Below, piece by piece: positions 50,723-64,000 of a stretch of 64,000 bases of DNA. The position numbers were made by a program, and so were the translations under genes. Below the pieces are notes generated by a model, which had not been told where the DNA came from, did no database searches, and saw only the letters and a list, made by a program, of their open reading frames with translations. Source of the stretch: Octopus sinensis (taxonomy: Eukaryota); assembly GCF_006345805.1 (NCBI RefSeq), contig NC_043005.1:12524001-12588000 (forward strand). The letters run 5' to 3'. Position 1 is the first letter of the stretch; the number at the start of each line of letters is the position of its first letter.

Positions 50723-51842
50723 AAGAACAACGAATTGAGAAAGTGGGTGAGCACATCGAAAGTATCCCTGGAGGTGATTCTTTCGGTTTGCCTTTCGTTC
50801 GTTTGAAATTGATAGAAATAAAGTATCAGTCAAATACTGATTCAATTTCATCGACTAAACAACACCTATCACCAAAACCACAGAAAAATCTATTATATAA
50901 AATCCGTTCTGTCTGTCTCTGTGTGTGTGTCTTCTAGGATCTCGGGCATCCTCCATCGGATTACGCTCAAATTTGATATGTAGATACCGACGGCATCAGG
51001 GTGTGTATAAGTCTTCAAAAAAGTACAAAAATCGATTCCAGGTGAGAATGCGATCGATAAAGCCGTGGGAACGTGCATTTGTAGGTGCAAGTATATCAGT
51101 CGAAATCCGTCTTTTGCTGGTGTCTCAAATTTAGGTTCAATCAGTGTTTATCAAATGGAGGGCCTATGGGACGGTCGGCCAAGTTGTTTCGAGAAAATTT
51201 GGTTTAAATGTTTGATAACTCAGCACCGTCCATTAGACGGGTGGGGCGTTTTGCTCGCAATACATGTATATGATGTCACTTTGCTGTAGTTCAAAATTCG
51301 ATATTTCGTGACCATGTTAGTGATCCCCCTTATTATTGCTAAGAAAGGTGGTGGATATGTAGAAAATTTGTTGGAGAAAGTCACCTTGAGGTATTTAATT
51401 TCACATTTTTTACTATTAGCTTTGACATCATCTTTTTCTATCGTCCTTTTACATTTGATAAAGTAAAATACCAGTCAAGTTCAGGAGGTAATTTCGTTGA
51501 GTAATTGTTTAAATTTCGCCAGGTCGACTTTGCTTTTCATCCTTTCGGGTTGATAAATTAAGTACCAGTTGCGTACCGGGATCGATCTAATCGACAGCCC
51601 CCCCTCCCCAAAATGTTGCTGGCCATATGCTTAATTTCAAAACAGTTATTAAGAACAAGGAATTGAGAAAGTGGGTGAGCACATCGAAATTATCCCTGGA
51701 GGTGTTTCTTTCGGTTTGCCAAGTATCTGAGCTCAAATCTTGCCTTTCATTCGTTTGAAGTTGATAGAAATAAAGTATCAGTCAAATACTGATTCAATTT
51801 CATTGACTAAACAACACCTATCACCAAAACCACAGAAAAATC
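50723..51842 (+). repeat. Local direct repeat of about 170-190 bp (50723-50890 and 51651-51842), an old SINE relic
   Basis: Near-identical copies; copy 2 has 24 extra nt bounded by ttgcc. Confidence 0.88.
50889..51290 (+). mobile_element. Possible non-autonomous Helitron/DINE-like element (similar 5' end at 59234)
   Basis: Starts tctattatataaaatccgtt followed by (GTCT)n, as does tctatcttatataaaatccgttccgtctgtctgtc at 59234. The 3' boundary is uncertain. Confidence 0.4.
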
Positions 51843-53044
51843 CTGCTCTTGTACCCGTATTAGAAGCAATTATTATGATGAGTAGAGAATTACCAGAATC
51901 GGTGCAGCAGATGATAAAATTACTTGCTGCAAGTATATCTTTGTTCGTTTCTGGTTTGAGTTCACAGTGAAAGTCGATGACGTATTTAACGGTTAAGTAC
52001 AGGCTCCGAGTTAACATACTCTGCATTCCCCAGATATTGGTGGCCTTGTATCTTTTGTCAGAAAGTATATTAAATGAGAAGTAAGATATAAAGCAAAAGA
52101 AAGCAACTGGCAACGCGGAAGACTGGTTTGGCTTGGGAAAGTTAGAGGGAGAAGATGAAAGAAAGAGAGAGATGGATGAATAATTTGTAGGAAAAAGAAC
52201 GATTAAAAAGGGGGAAATACTATGAGGAAACAAGATAGATATTGTGAGAAAGGAAAAGTGAAAAAAGATGACCAATAAAATGGTAGGATTAAAGAGAAGT
52301 AATAGAGTAGGGAGGAGAAAGAGATAAAGAATGTGTGTGAGCAGGTGAGAAACTGAATAACGTTGGGGGAAAGAGAAAATGAGGGAACAAGTGAGAGAAA
52401 GTCGGAGAAACTAACGTTAACAGATATATTAAGAGAATGGGAAAAAGCGAGAGAATGAGAAGCAACAGTAGCAAGAGTAAGAAGTGGGATAATTTCATTG
52501 AAATCCGACTGGTGAACATGGAATTGTAGGAAACCAAATGTGGTATAGCGTGAAGTGGAACTGGGAAATTAATACAAAGTGAAGATGTGGTTGTATGGAG
52601 TAGAGTGATGTGTGTGTGTGTGTGTGTTGTGGAAGGAAGGTTGATGAACGTACGTTGGGGTGGGAGTGGGGGGATCGGGTATAAACCGGAAGTTGTAGCC
52701 GAAATTCAATAGAGTTTCTTTAGCAGTTCTTGAGAGATTTTATTGAATTCCGATTAGTTAAGACTGGTGCTACAATAGAGATATTGTTATCAATGATCGG
52801 CTGGCTATTGAGCGTTGGGTTGGAGAGCAGAGGGAGTAGAAAATGGCGACATGGAGTGGATGGGAATACAGGACCAAAGACTGAGTGAAGTGGCGGAGGG
52901 GATATTGCTGGTAGTAAAATTAGATGGAGGATGTAATAGATAGATTGAATTAGAATTGTTGGCCATAGGGAGAAAGAGAGAAAGAGGAATGCATAGATGA
53001 AGAGGGAGAAAACAGAAAGGCAGATTGAGAAACAGTGAGAAAGA

Positions 53045-53048
<4 letters not shown>

Positions 53049-53092
<44 letters not shown>

Positions 53093-53095
53093 CGA

Positions 53096-53129
<34 letters not shown>

Positions 53130-53155
53130 GTGATGATGATGATGATGATGATGAA

Positions 53156-53188
<33 letters not shown>

Positions 53189-53290
53189 GCTGCTGCTGAT
53201 GATGATGATGGTAGTGGTGATGATGATGATGAAGATGATGATGAAGATGGTGGTGTTAGTGGTGGTGGTGGTGCTGATGATTATGATGAT
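53049..53290. repeat. (GAT)n microsatellite with (GGT) variants
   Basis: Read directly from the sequence. Confidence 0.97.
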
Positions 53291-53673
53291 AGAGACGTTC
53301 TAATAGGAATACCAACAGATGTAGCTAGCTAGATACATAGGGAAAGAAAAAATTGATAGATAGGTAGGTAGATTTATAATCATATAGATAGACTGATATA
53401 TAGATAGATAGCTAGTTAGATAAACACTTTCTGCTCTGTAGACAAAAGGAGACAGCGATTAGGATATTCACGTTCGAATGTGCCTGAACGTATCAAGAGT
53501 GAATATTCATTATATTATTTTGATTTTCAGTTTTCTCCGTGTACGTAACGATTTATGGTAAGGGTATGACAGATATCAGCATGCGACAGCTATATATACG
53601 TATATACATATATGTATATACGTAGATTCATATATGTATATACGTATAAACATGTGTATATACATATATGTAT

Positions 53674-54056
53674 GTGGAGGTGCATTGGCCCAGAGGTTAG
53701 GGCAACGGACTCGCAGTTGTAGGATCGCGGCTTCGATTCCCAGTCCGGGCGTTCTGAGTGTTTATTGAGCGAAAACACCTAAAGCTCCACGAGGCTGCGG
53801 CAGGGGGTGGTGGTGAACCCTGCTATACTCTTTCACCACAACTTTCTCTCACTCTTTCTTCCTGTTTCTGTTGTACCTGTATTTCAAAGGGCCAGCCTTG
53901 TCACACTCTGCGTCAGGCTGAATCTCCCCGAGAACAACGTTAAGAGTACCCGTGTCAGTAGCGTGCTCAGCCACTTGCACGTTAACTAAACGAGCAGGCT
54001 GTTCCGTGGATCGGATCAACTGGAACACTCGTCGTTGCAACCGACGGAGTGCCATC
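53674..54056 (+). mobile_element. SINE family C, full length
   Basis: gtggaggtgcattggcccagaggttagggc ... ggcttcgattccc ... gatcggatcaactggaacactcgtcgttgcaaccgacggagtgcca. Confidence 0.88.
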
Positions 54057-54191
54057 CCATGTATATATATATATATATCACGTGATCACGTGACCCTCCT
54101 TCCTTCCTTCTTTCCTGAGCGTCCAATGATACTATACTTTTTGCACGTCCTCGCGTTCTAGTGTTTTCTCTTTGTGTTTTCATGTTTGGAT

Positions 54192-54280
<89 letters not shown>

Positions 54281-54574
54281 ATATTATATATATTTTTATA
54301 TATATATATAATATATATGAGCATGTCCAAGTGGTTTGGTTGTTGCACTCACGATCGCCAGATCATGGTTTCGACTTTCAGACAGGGTGCTTGAATGTGT
54401 TCTTGAATAAAATACTCTTCACGTTGCTCTGTGATCGTTTCGACATCTGACGTGTGATACATTCGTGCATCTACACAGGCAATGGCGATCTGATGGTGGG
54501 AATGATCTTACGTGAACACAAATATTTGGACACTATAAATAAATCATCTTCACCCGTTGTTTAGACAGATAGAT

Positions 54575-54611
<37 letters not shown>

Positions 54612-56814
54612 GAGAGAGAGATAAGCATGCATAAATACACGTGGAAGGGAGGGAGAAAGAAAAATTTTCTAGGTTGTCACCAACTTTTTTAGGTGGTGCA
54701 GTCTTTTGTTACCTCTCCCTATTTGAAAACAGTGCCTTGTGTAATTATAAAGTCGGGAGGTATTTGGAATTTGAACTCCACCCAGATCAGATTTGTTTTT
54801 CTATTTTCAATTTATGTTGCTAAGCAACTATTTAAACTGATTATTATTTAGACATTAATATTGTATTCCTTCTGTAAATTTAAAGACTAATATTTTAATA
54901 TTATTTATAACATCTAATCATTTAGAGTTTTATTATTATCTTCGCTGTTATTCATATTTTGTATATAATTGTATTTATTATGAAGAATGCAGATAAAATT
55001 ATAATTTATATAATTTGATGAACCTATTATATTTTTGAAAACTTATTTTTGATGGAACTTTTATACAAAATTCTAAATATGCTTTTTGTTAAAAATTACC
55101 AACGATATTTTAAATATCAAACCCATTTTAATTAATATTTTTTACGTCTTTTTATTTTTAAAACGAAAATGCTTAGTGGTTCACAAATTAACACGAAATT
55201 ATGAGTTTACTGCAGTTGAGAAAATTCGATTCGTTTCCAAAGTTGAAATCTTTGCTACAGCAAGCAATATATACCAACTTAATTTATGCCTAAGTTGATA
55301 GATTATAATCATTCATTTTTAATTATTTCTCTTTCAACAGAGAGGTGAATGCGAACATAATTTAAAATCCCTTATGTTTTGAGGAACTTGATGTCAAAAA
55401 CTTTGTTTTTAGATATTAATATTGCTTTTCAAAGGAGCCTTTTGAGATTTTTTTTGGGATATTAGGGAAAATTTTTCAGGAATCGCGTAGATAGTAGAGA
55501 TATCTTTTAGGAAAAATAGCAGAAATACTTTAGGTAAGTTGAGAGATTTTAGAGGAGATAAATCAACTTACGCTTGGTAGATTAAAAAATATGAACCTTA
55601 GGTAACTGCGATTCTATTCGTGGAATCTTTCCTTTTACAATTTTTTAAAACTAAATTTTCATGTATTATTTTATCGGGAACATTCTTGGTCTACTTTGGG
55701 ACAGGATCATAATGGAAAACGTTTGCACAACCATGCCATAAATATTTTGCTTTAGGATTATTTTGTTGACATATATTGTTGGCGATTCCATTATAAAACA
55801 TGTATAAATGAGGAACTTTAAGATTATAACTGCGTATTGATATTTATAAATTTTAGATGTTTTGTGTAACTGAACCTCAGATGTGTGCAGTCAAAACCCA
55901 AACAAGGAATTAACTAAAAACGGTATTTTCCTTTTCCCCAAAATTCTAGCTTGATTGTAGTACAATATTACTAGGCTATTATACATTAACAATTATTGCT
56001 GTTAAAAATCTTCAAAATAATAATATCTGACAATCTTCCAGTTCTGTGTGAAGTTTTCTCTGGTATACTCTCAATAGACAGCTACGTTGTTGACGTTTTG
56101 ATTACATTCCAATCAACGTCTGACAAATTCTCCTGGAAATTTTACGAGTCTCCAAAGAATGAATTATTATCTTTATGCCCAATTTCGACTTTCCTTCATC
56201 AGTTGTTTGTAAAAGTATTAATAATTAATTCTATTCTTTATTATTTGAATACATTCGCCAGGTGTGTTCTCTTTAGCGTCAAGTATATCTTGAAAAACAA
56301 TTACGTGAAGGATTCTTTTCATAATCGTTATGAAATCTTTATATTTCTTCCTACTCGGAAATTATTTTACATGTTAACTTAGAAATCAGTATAAATATTA
56401 ATTGCAACGATAAGTCTTCGAAACATCAGCATTTTATGCTATTTCTACTGATATTTCCCGAAAACAAATATGAAAGCCATGAGTTATAAAGTACGTTAAG
56501 TTGATCTTGAAAAAACTATTCCAATATTTACATATAACAAGGCGGTGAGTTGACAGAATCTTTGCCGCGCTGGACAAAATGCTCAGCGGAATTTCTCCTG
56601 GCTCTTTACGTTCTAAATTTAAATGTCACCAAAATTTACTTTGTACTTCATCTCTCAGGCTCGATAAAATATGTACCAGTGAGCATGGGAGTCGATGTAA
56701 TCCATTTCTCCTTCCCCTAAAAGCTGCTGGCCTTTTGCTTAAATTAGAAACAAATTATAGACATATAAATTTTTGAAGCAATAACATATTTACAAGGTTT
56801 CTATTATCTCTCTT

Positions 56815-57230
56815 TTCTCTTTTACTTGTTTCAGTCATTTGACTGCGGCCATGCTGGAGCACCGCCTTAAATCGAGCAATTCGACCCCGGGACTTATTCT
56901 TTTCTAAGCACAATACTTATTCTATCGGTCTCTTTTGCCGAACCTCTAAGTAACGAGGACATAAACACACCAGCATCGGTTGTCAAGCAATGCTAGGGGG
57001 ACAAAAACAGACATACAAACACACACATACCCACACACACTCATATATATATATATATATATATATACGATGGGCTTCTTTCAGTTTCCCTCTACCAAAT
57101 CCACTCACAAGGCTTTGGTCGGCCCGAGGCTATAGTAGAAGACACTTGCCCAAGGTGTCACGCAGTGGGAATGAACCCGGAACCATGTGGTTGGTAAACA
57201 AGCTACTTACCACACAGCCACTCCTGCGCC
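56815..57230 (-). mobile_element. CORE-type SINE family B, full length
   Basis: Same consensus as 35642-36061 in reverse orientation. Confidence 0.92.
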
Positions 57231-58884
57231 TATATCTGTATTTTATGCAGAGTTAGAATTTTGGTGTCAGATTATCGACAGAAGTAATTGTGCAATATTC
57301 TAAGTATGCTACTAAGAAGTAACCAAGTAAACTTGAAATCTGGTGGCGTGTCCATTATTACACATTGTTGTTCCTTTCGCACTGATAAAAGATAAGTCTG
57401 TGTGCTATCAGGTGGGTCACCTGTTTTGTAAAGCTTCATATCTTTCGGTTATAATTTTTTTTTTAAGTTGTGGTTGGTATCTTTACTTACCCTTTCAGAT
57501 GTTGAAACTAAGTAGGCAAATAGTTAAAATATGGAAACTACAAGTGAAATAGGGAACTGACTTGTTTTTAATCGTTAACCTTTTCTTTAATCGCTCGAAT
57601 TAAAGGAACGAAACCATTCACTCATTACTGAACTGTGGCACAGGTTCAAGTTTCCGGAAGACATAGTCCTTTAGAAACAGCACAATGGTCCATGAGGGAA
57701 ACAAACAGAGAGACAGTAATTAAATTGATAGGTATATACAAGCACAAACACACACACACATGTACATATAGTTGTAATTAAACCCAATTTCACATTAAAT
57801 TCAACGATTACCTAATATATATATATATATATGTAAAAGGCAGGATGTGTGTGTGTACGGGAATGTAAATTATGCACGTCCACAAATAAGCACGCATGTC
57901 GCTCCAATTTTAGGAGGACATTCGTCACGTTCCTACCAGGGTTTTGTCAACTTATTTTTTACCGAGGCACCCGCCGATAGCGGTAAAAATCTATTTTCTA
58001 CCATAGCTTTTACCAATTTTGAATGTTGCTAAGATAAGTTAAGTCCGTTCTAGCCATATCCAAGCGAAAGTGTGTGTGTGAGGGAGCGAGAGAGAGAAGT
58101 TGTGTATTGATGCTTATGTGTGTGTGGGAGGGAGGGCGTATCATAACGTCTAACAAAAAAGTAAAGAAAAAGTATGTGTAAGGTTGAGTGGGAGAGAGTT
58201 TGACAGCGTCTAACAAAAAAAGGTGAAAGACAAGTGAGAGAGAGAGAGAGAGAGAGAGCGTTCATAAAAAATAAAATGTAAGATGTTTTGTTTTTTCTTA
58301 AACACGAGATATAGTCTTCAAATTTAGGATGTTTTTGAAACACAATATATTTTATTATCAAATTATATATACTTTCTCACACAACAATTAAAATACATTT
58401 ATTTTAAATCATTTATTTATTTTAAATCGTTCATCATTCTCCCCGCTGTCTTACACACATATCACTTTGGGTGCGAACGACTTTTGTTTTTATTTTACGC
58501 CGAGGAAAAAAGTGTTTTGTTGACAATCCATTTATTTTAACAACAAAGAAACCCAGAGTTAGGTAACAATTTGTCAGTGAATTACACAATATGGTTACAA
58601 TTTCCGAGGCTTCTACCACACCCCACTCCGTTTTTCGGACCATAAAAAGGGTTTTGTAGCATATTAGGAGACCAGAGTAGTTGATTCCACGCAAAAAAAA
58701 ACGATTTTTTCTTAGTGAAAATCGTGCGAGTGTTAATCTACAAATTTACCAAATTATTTCCATTCATTTCTGTTTATGGACATGTATGCGTGCCAAAAGC
58801 ATATACGCAATAGGTGTACGTACGTACGTGTGTGTATGTGTGTTCGTGTGTATGTGTGTGTATGTTGCCCATATATATTTATAT

Positions 58885-58923
<39 letters not shown>

Positions 58924-60728
58924 TTATACTTTGGGATGTTCATTTTATTTATTCCTTTTTTTACCAAATAATCACTTGCATTATATATATATATATATAG
59001 TAGAAAATATATAAAAAAAGGGAAGAGAAATGCCTCCATTTCACATAGTTTGAATATCTTTTTGTTTAAAACATATATATACATAAAGTATGTATATATA
59101 TTTTTTTATAAGAAGATATTAAAACTATGTGAAATGAAGGCAATTCTCTTCCCATTTTTATATGTTTTCTATATATCTTCCCTTCATAATTTTGCCACGT
59201 GCAGTATACTGATTCTCCTGCATTTTTGCTCCTTCTATCTTATATAAAATCCGTTCCGTCTGTCTGTCTGTTTGTGTGCTTATAACCCGAATATTGCTCA
59301 GCGAATATTGCGCTGAAATTTTAAACATGAATGCATCAGAGAGCTGAGCGTTCCGTAATCTAAAACGATTTTCAAAATCGTTAGTTTCAAAGTGAGAATA
59401 GCGAGTTATGTAATCTTTATGTCCTGTTTGTTCGGCCATTAAAACAACTAGTTGCTCAGACAGCCGGCTCATGCCATTTCGCTAGCAACAAGGGGAGTAC
59501 AGGATGACAGTCAACCAAAACGTCGCTATGCTGTCTCTCTTTTTTCCTCTCTCTGTGGGGTTAATAATCTTAATCTTTAGTTACAGTTTCTCATTAAAAG
59601 TACATAATAGGCAGAATTGTAGGATTAAAACAGTAGAGTGTTTTGAGGGAGATTTGGCTGCTATTTCTACCAGGTCTTCTTATATGAGACACTGTCCTAT
59701 ATATCATACATTCCTTATGCTTTCCAAAACCGAGTTACAGATTTTGATGTATGGAGCATCAAAAGATTCAGTACTATTTTGGCTACAAATTAAACTTAAT
59801 TTCCATTCACATATTTGCATTTCAAAAGTTTAACATAATCTTTTCCATAAATCAATTATCGTAAAAATGTTATACATTTACGTTACATTTTCTATGTGTG
59901 TGTACCTTAAAAGACGTCAATCATCATGACACACGCCTTCACTCACTCACTCTATATTTTTCTCACATACTTTCTCTCTCATATACACTCACGCAAGCAC
60001 GCACGCACAGACACACGTATGCACACACACAAACACACACAGACGTCCATTTCATAAAGACGTCCATATATCTTTCAGTTTCTTTCTCTGTTCTTATCGC
60101 TTATCTTTTTTCAATTTCTGCTCTCTTGAAATATAATTCTTACGGATACAACTACTTACAAAAATAGAGATTAATGTATAACTTCTTTCTATGTTCATAA
60201 GATTTTTGTTTACAATACTGGGGAAAATATTCCACTAAGGAAAATACGTAGTCTCTCCAGAAACAAGTAAAAACAAAAAGGATTGTAGAAAACCGAACGC
60301 GAGATTCTGAAGAGAGAGGCTAGATGAGATTTTCTCAAGATCAGCAAATGCAGCACTTAATACTGGATCATTAAATCAATGTTTTAATGATTAGACAGAG
60401 ATCCAATATAATAGCTCTCAGAAACATGCCACGTACAAATTCGGTCTTCACAACGTGTAGCTTTTTTTGTGCATTTTGTTTGCAGAAAATAAAGAAATGA
60501 CAGTAATAACGTTTAATAAATGTTGCTAACTGCATGTTATGTATGATCTAAGGTATTCCGCACCCGACATCACAAAATGCGTCTGAGCAAATATTGAAGG
60601 AAAGCAAATAGAGACTCAGACATTGCTTAGAAAAGAATTTTCATTTTTAACCTCGTATATAGTACGCCCTAGGGATTTTGATCTTTAATTTTTGGGGAAA
60701 AATGTGTATTATACTCGAGGAATTACGG

Positions 60729-60733
<5 letters not shown>

Positions 60734-60800
<67 letters not shown>
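60734..60800. repeat. (AAT)n microsatellite
   Basis: Read directly from the sequence. Confidence 0.97.
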
Positions 60801-60803
<3 letters not shown>

Positions 60804-60997
60804 TAACCATCAGAGCATCACAACAAATCACAGCACATACCCAAGGCACACAGAGCTGCGCTCGGTAGTTAAGTGAAAGCACGCTATAAAAATAAAACTA
60901 CTGAATAATAATATAATAATAATAATAATAATAATAATAAACCAGTGAAGAAATATATATATATATGTATATATATATATATTATATATATATATAC

Positions 60998-61032
<35 letters not shown>

Positions 61033-61175
61033 TTTCTTAACTCATTTATTACTGTTATTTTATTTTCACGTCTCTACATTTTGTCCAGAATTTTTCGTTA
61101 CACAACTGTGACCTGTTCAGCGACACCTTTCGTTTCCCTGTGTGCTTTTGCACCACTTCCTCCATTCTGTTCTTC

Positions 61176-61216
<41 letters not shown>

Positions 61217-61509
61217 TGAGAGAGAGAGAGAAAGAGATAGTGTGTGTGTGTCATAGTGATAAAAGGAAACACACGCACAGAGACATTCATGAATATCGAT
61301 TAAGAAGATGCTTTTACAAATATTTTCATTATGCTTAAGGCGTTAGATCACTGTTCGAAAGGGAATAACAAATACTCCCTTACTCAATAATGGAATAGCG
61401 TATTGCAGTTTTTTTTTATATTCCTGTAGAAAAGACAGAAACGGTTTCCAGTAGAAATATAAGAGCCTTGTGACTATATAAAAGAAACTCCTCTTTTACT
61501 TCTTCCACC

Positions 61510-61573
<64 letters not shown>

Positions 61574-62128
61574 ATCATCATCATCATCATTATTATTATC
61601 ATCAATATTATTGCTGCTGCTATTGCTGTTATCATTATTGTTATGATTAAAATTATCATCAGTATTATCGTGGTCATCATCACCACTCTTATTACCATCC
61701 GTGTCTTTAACGTATATGGATTTCTTCAAAAACTTCACTTAACTCTATTTGAAGCTTCTATTGTGAAAACACTTTTTTATTCTTTCTATCACAAGGAAGA
61801 AACTATTTTGCCAGCGGGAAGTATAAATTGCGTCCTCAACCAATTATTTGTGGTTTGCAGAGAGATTTTTTTTCAGAATGTATATGAAAACTTTGCATTT
61901 TCCTCTCATACTGAAATTATTCTAAGTGTTTCTGGGAAATCCATATAAATATGGATTACAACAAAAGGACTTCGAAATACAAGGACATGTTATGATTTCA
62001 ACTGATATCTTCCTGAAAGAAATCTAAAAGAAATATCCTGTACGATAAAAAAAAGGCAGAACATATACATATACATACATACATAAATACAAATATATAC
62101 ATACATACAACATACATACATACATACA

Positions 62129-62200
<72 letters not shown>

Positions 62201-62736
62201 TATAAGTTGGATAATGTTTCACTGTAATTATTATTTTGGTTGTTTGTTAACAGGAAACCATAAATCTTCGGTTTTATCGGAATTTATAAGAACCTAGCTT
62301 CTAAAGATAAACCACAAGAACACGAAATTTTTCAAGTATTTATGGATGTAAATTCGTTTTTATTTATTTACTTATTTTTTTTGTTTTTTTCATTATTTTT
62401 ATTTTTGGATTTAGTGCCAAAGTGATGTTTACTGTTCACTGTTCACTGTATGTTGTTTACCGTTTTATTTCCGATTATTTGTTCAAGAAACCAACATGGC
62501 TGCCATTTATTGTTCTTTTCATTCTGTTTTTATTTAGCATTTCCGTTCTTTTTTGTTTTGTTTTGTTTTGTTTTTTTTTTTTTGGCATTTATAGAATACA
62601 CACCATGTTAGAATACACATTTCGCACTGCTTTAAAATAGATTTAAAGAGAATGTAGGAGTCTGATATCCGACTGAACGTTCTATTTAAATTTGATGTGG
62701 TGATACGAAACATTTTCTTCCTCTGCCACCTGACTA

Positions 62737-62815
<79 letters not shown>

Positions 62816-62901
62816 TGTGTGTTTGTGTATGTGTGCGTGTGTGAGCGTGCGAGTATGTGTATGTGTATGCATGCATATACGTATAAAAATATAATATTTC
62901 T

Positions 62902-62942
<41 letters not shown>

Positions 62943-64000
62943 GTTACAAATACGTATGTATACACAAACACACACACATACATACACGTGAATACATGTG
63001 AATTTGAACTCACAACTTAAAGACTACGAAATGCTACTATGCATGCTGCCGTATATGCTACCGTTTCTGCCAGCTCAAAGTCTTGATAAAAATAGGTATA
63101 ATGATCATGATGATGATGATGATTATCATCATCATCATCATGATTATAATGATCATAATTTTGATCACAATAATATTTTTGATGTTCTCCTCAGTTTTCT
63201 GTGAAAATATTATCAAAATCAAGTCCGGACCGATAGGTGGGAGGTCTTTTAAACCGCGCTAAGCATGACTGCAACTTTCTTCCCTCATGTAAAACGAAAA
63301 TTATTAAATTTTTGATTACAATTTTCAAGAGACAATTTTTGTAAATTAAAATTTGTTATTAAACTACGTAAAGGGGCGAATAGCCTTTAACAATTATGTA
63401 ATTCAACTCCATAAAAAGCAGTGACGATAAAAAGCGAAGTTCATCCGTAGTTTTTATGATATTCATGGTTGTTAGAAGGGGCAGATTAAAGCGGTCAATC
63501 TACACAGTTCACAAGCATTACTAGAAGGACTGGTTGTGCTAAGCATGGTTGCAGCTTCATTTCCATCCTGAAGGAATGAAAAATAATTAATTTTAAAATT
63601 TTATTTTAAAGTGAATCCCTTGTAAATTAAAAAGATATTAAGTTATTAAACTACATGAAATTTGTTTCCATAAAAGAAGAAAATATGCTTCGTTGCTAGT
63701 ATACTAGTGATAAAGAAAAATGCGCTGCAGCCAGATGCGTGGTCGAGTCTTTGTCGATTAAACTGACTGACATCTTCAAAAAAGCATAAACAAAACCTGT
63801 TAAAATGAATTTAGTTGTAGAAGGTCACAGACTAAGCAGCAATAATAATAATCCACAGAGCATGAACATCGTGATAGTGTCTGGCAGGTATAATCCACGC
63901 CCTTTAACCTTGAATGGTGATGTAAGTTTCAAGATCTTCCTCTTGGTAGAGAGTGTTCTCTGACCACAGATACACTATAGTCGATAACCACTCTGAATAG

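Noticed and set aside
52640-53000. ETS-like (accggaagt) and YY1-like (aaaatggcg) motifs as a promoter
   Set aside because: They lie in what looks like a very degenerate minus-strand Penelope-like 3' region, so a chance match is likely.
56165-56195. Minus-strand CTGATGA...GAAA as a hammerhead
   Set aside because: Stem II is at most 2 bp, and there is no stem III or UH triplet between GAAA and the potential stem I partner.
55996-56382. 128-aa ORF starting at a non-ATG codon
   Set aside because: AT-rich, composition typical of chance ORFs, with no motif or recognisable homology.
61474-61738. Poly-I and poly-N/D ORFs
   Set aside because: Translations of (ATT)n/(ATC)n microsatellites.

Overview
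AT-rich, microsatellite-dense eukaryotic (animal) DNA. The SINE and repeat families look like octopus/coleoid cephalopod families as I remember them; this was not checked against a database. I find no confident host protein-coding gene, rRNA, true tRNA or CRISPR array, and there is a 100-N scaffold gap at 19694-19793. Most ORFs in the supplied track are translations of microsatellites. The recognisable content is transposable elements: (1) a near-full-length Tx1/L1-clade LINE (206-5544, minus) plus two more 3' ends of the same family and an older relative; (2) R4/Dong-like RT and restriction-like endonuclease fragments; (3) an RTE 3' fragment with three C2H2 fingers; (4) a CR1-type RT fragment; (5) two Penelope-like (GIY-YIG) fragments; (6) mariner and Tc1 relics, fold-back MITEs and several tRNA-derived SINE families. 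Two patterns stand out. First, each LINE family sits in, and ends with, its own microsatellite: Tx1 in (GATA)n, R4/Dong and RTE in (TACA)n, and Penelope-type termini and CR1 at (TA)n. Second, there are several minimal type I hammerhead ribozyme motifs, canonical and core-variant, in Penelope-like terminal repeats.
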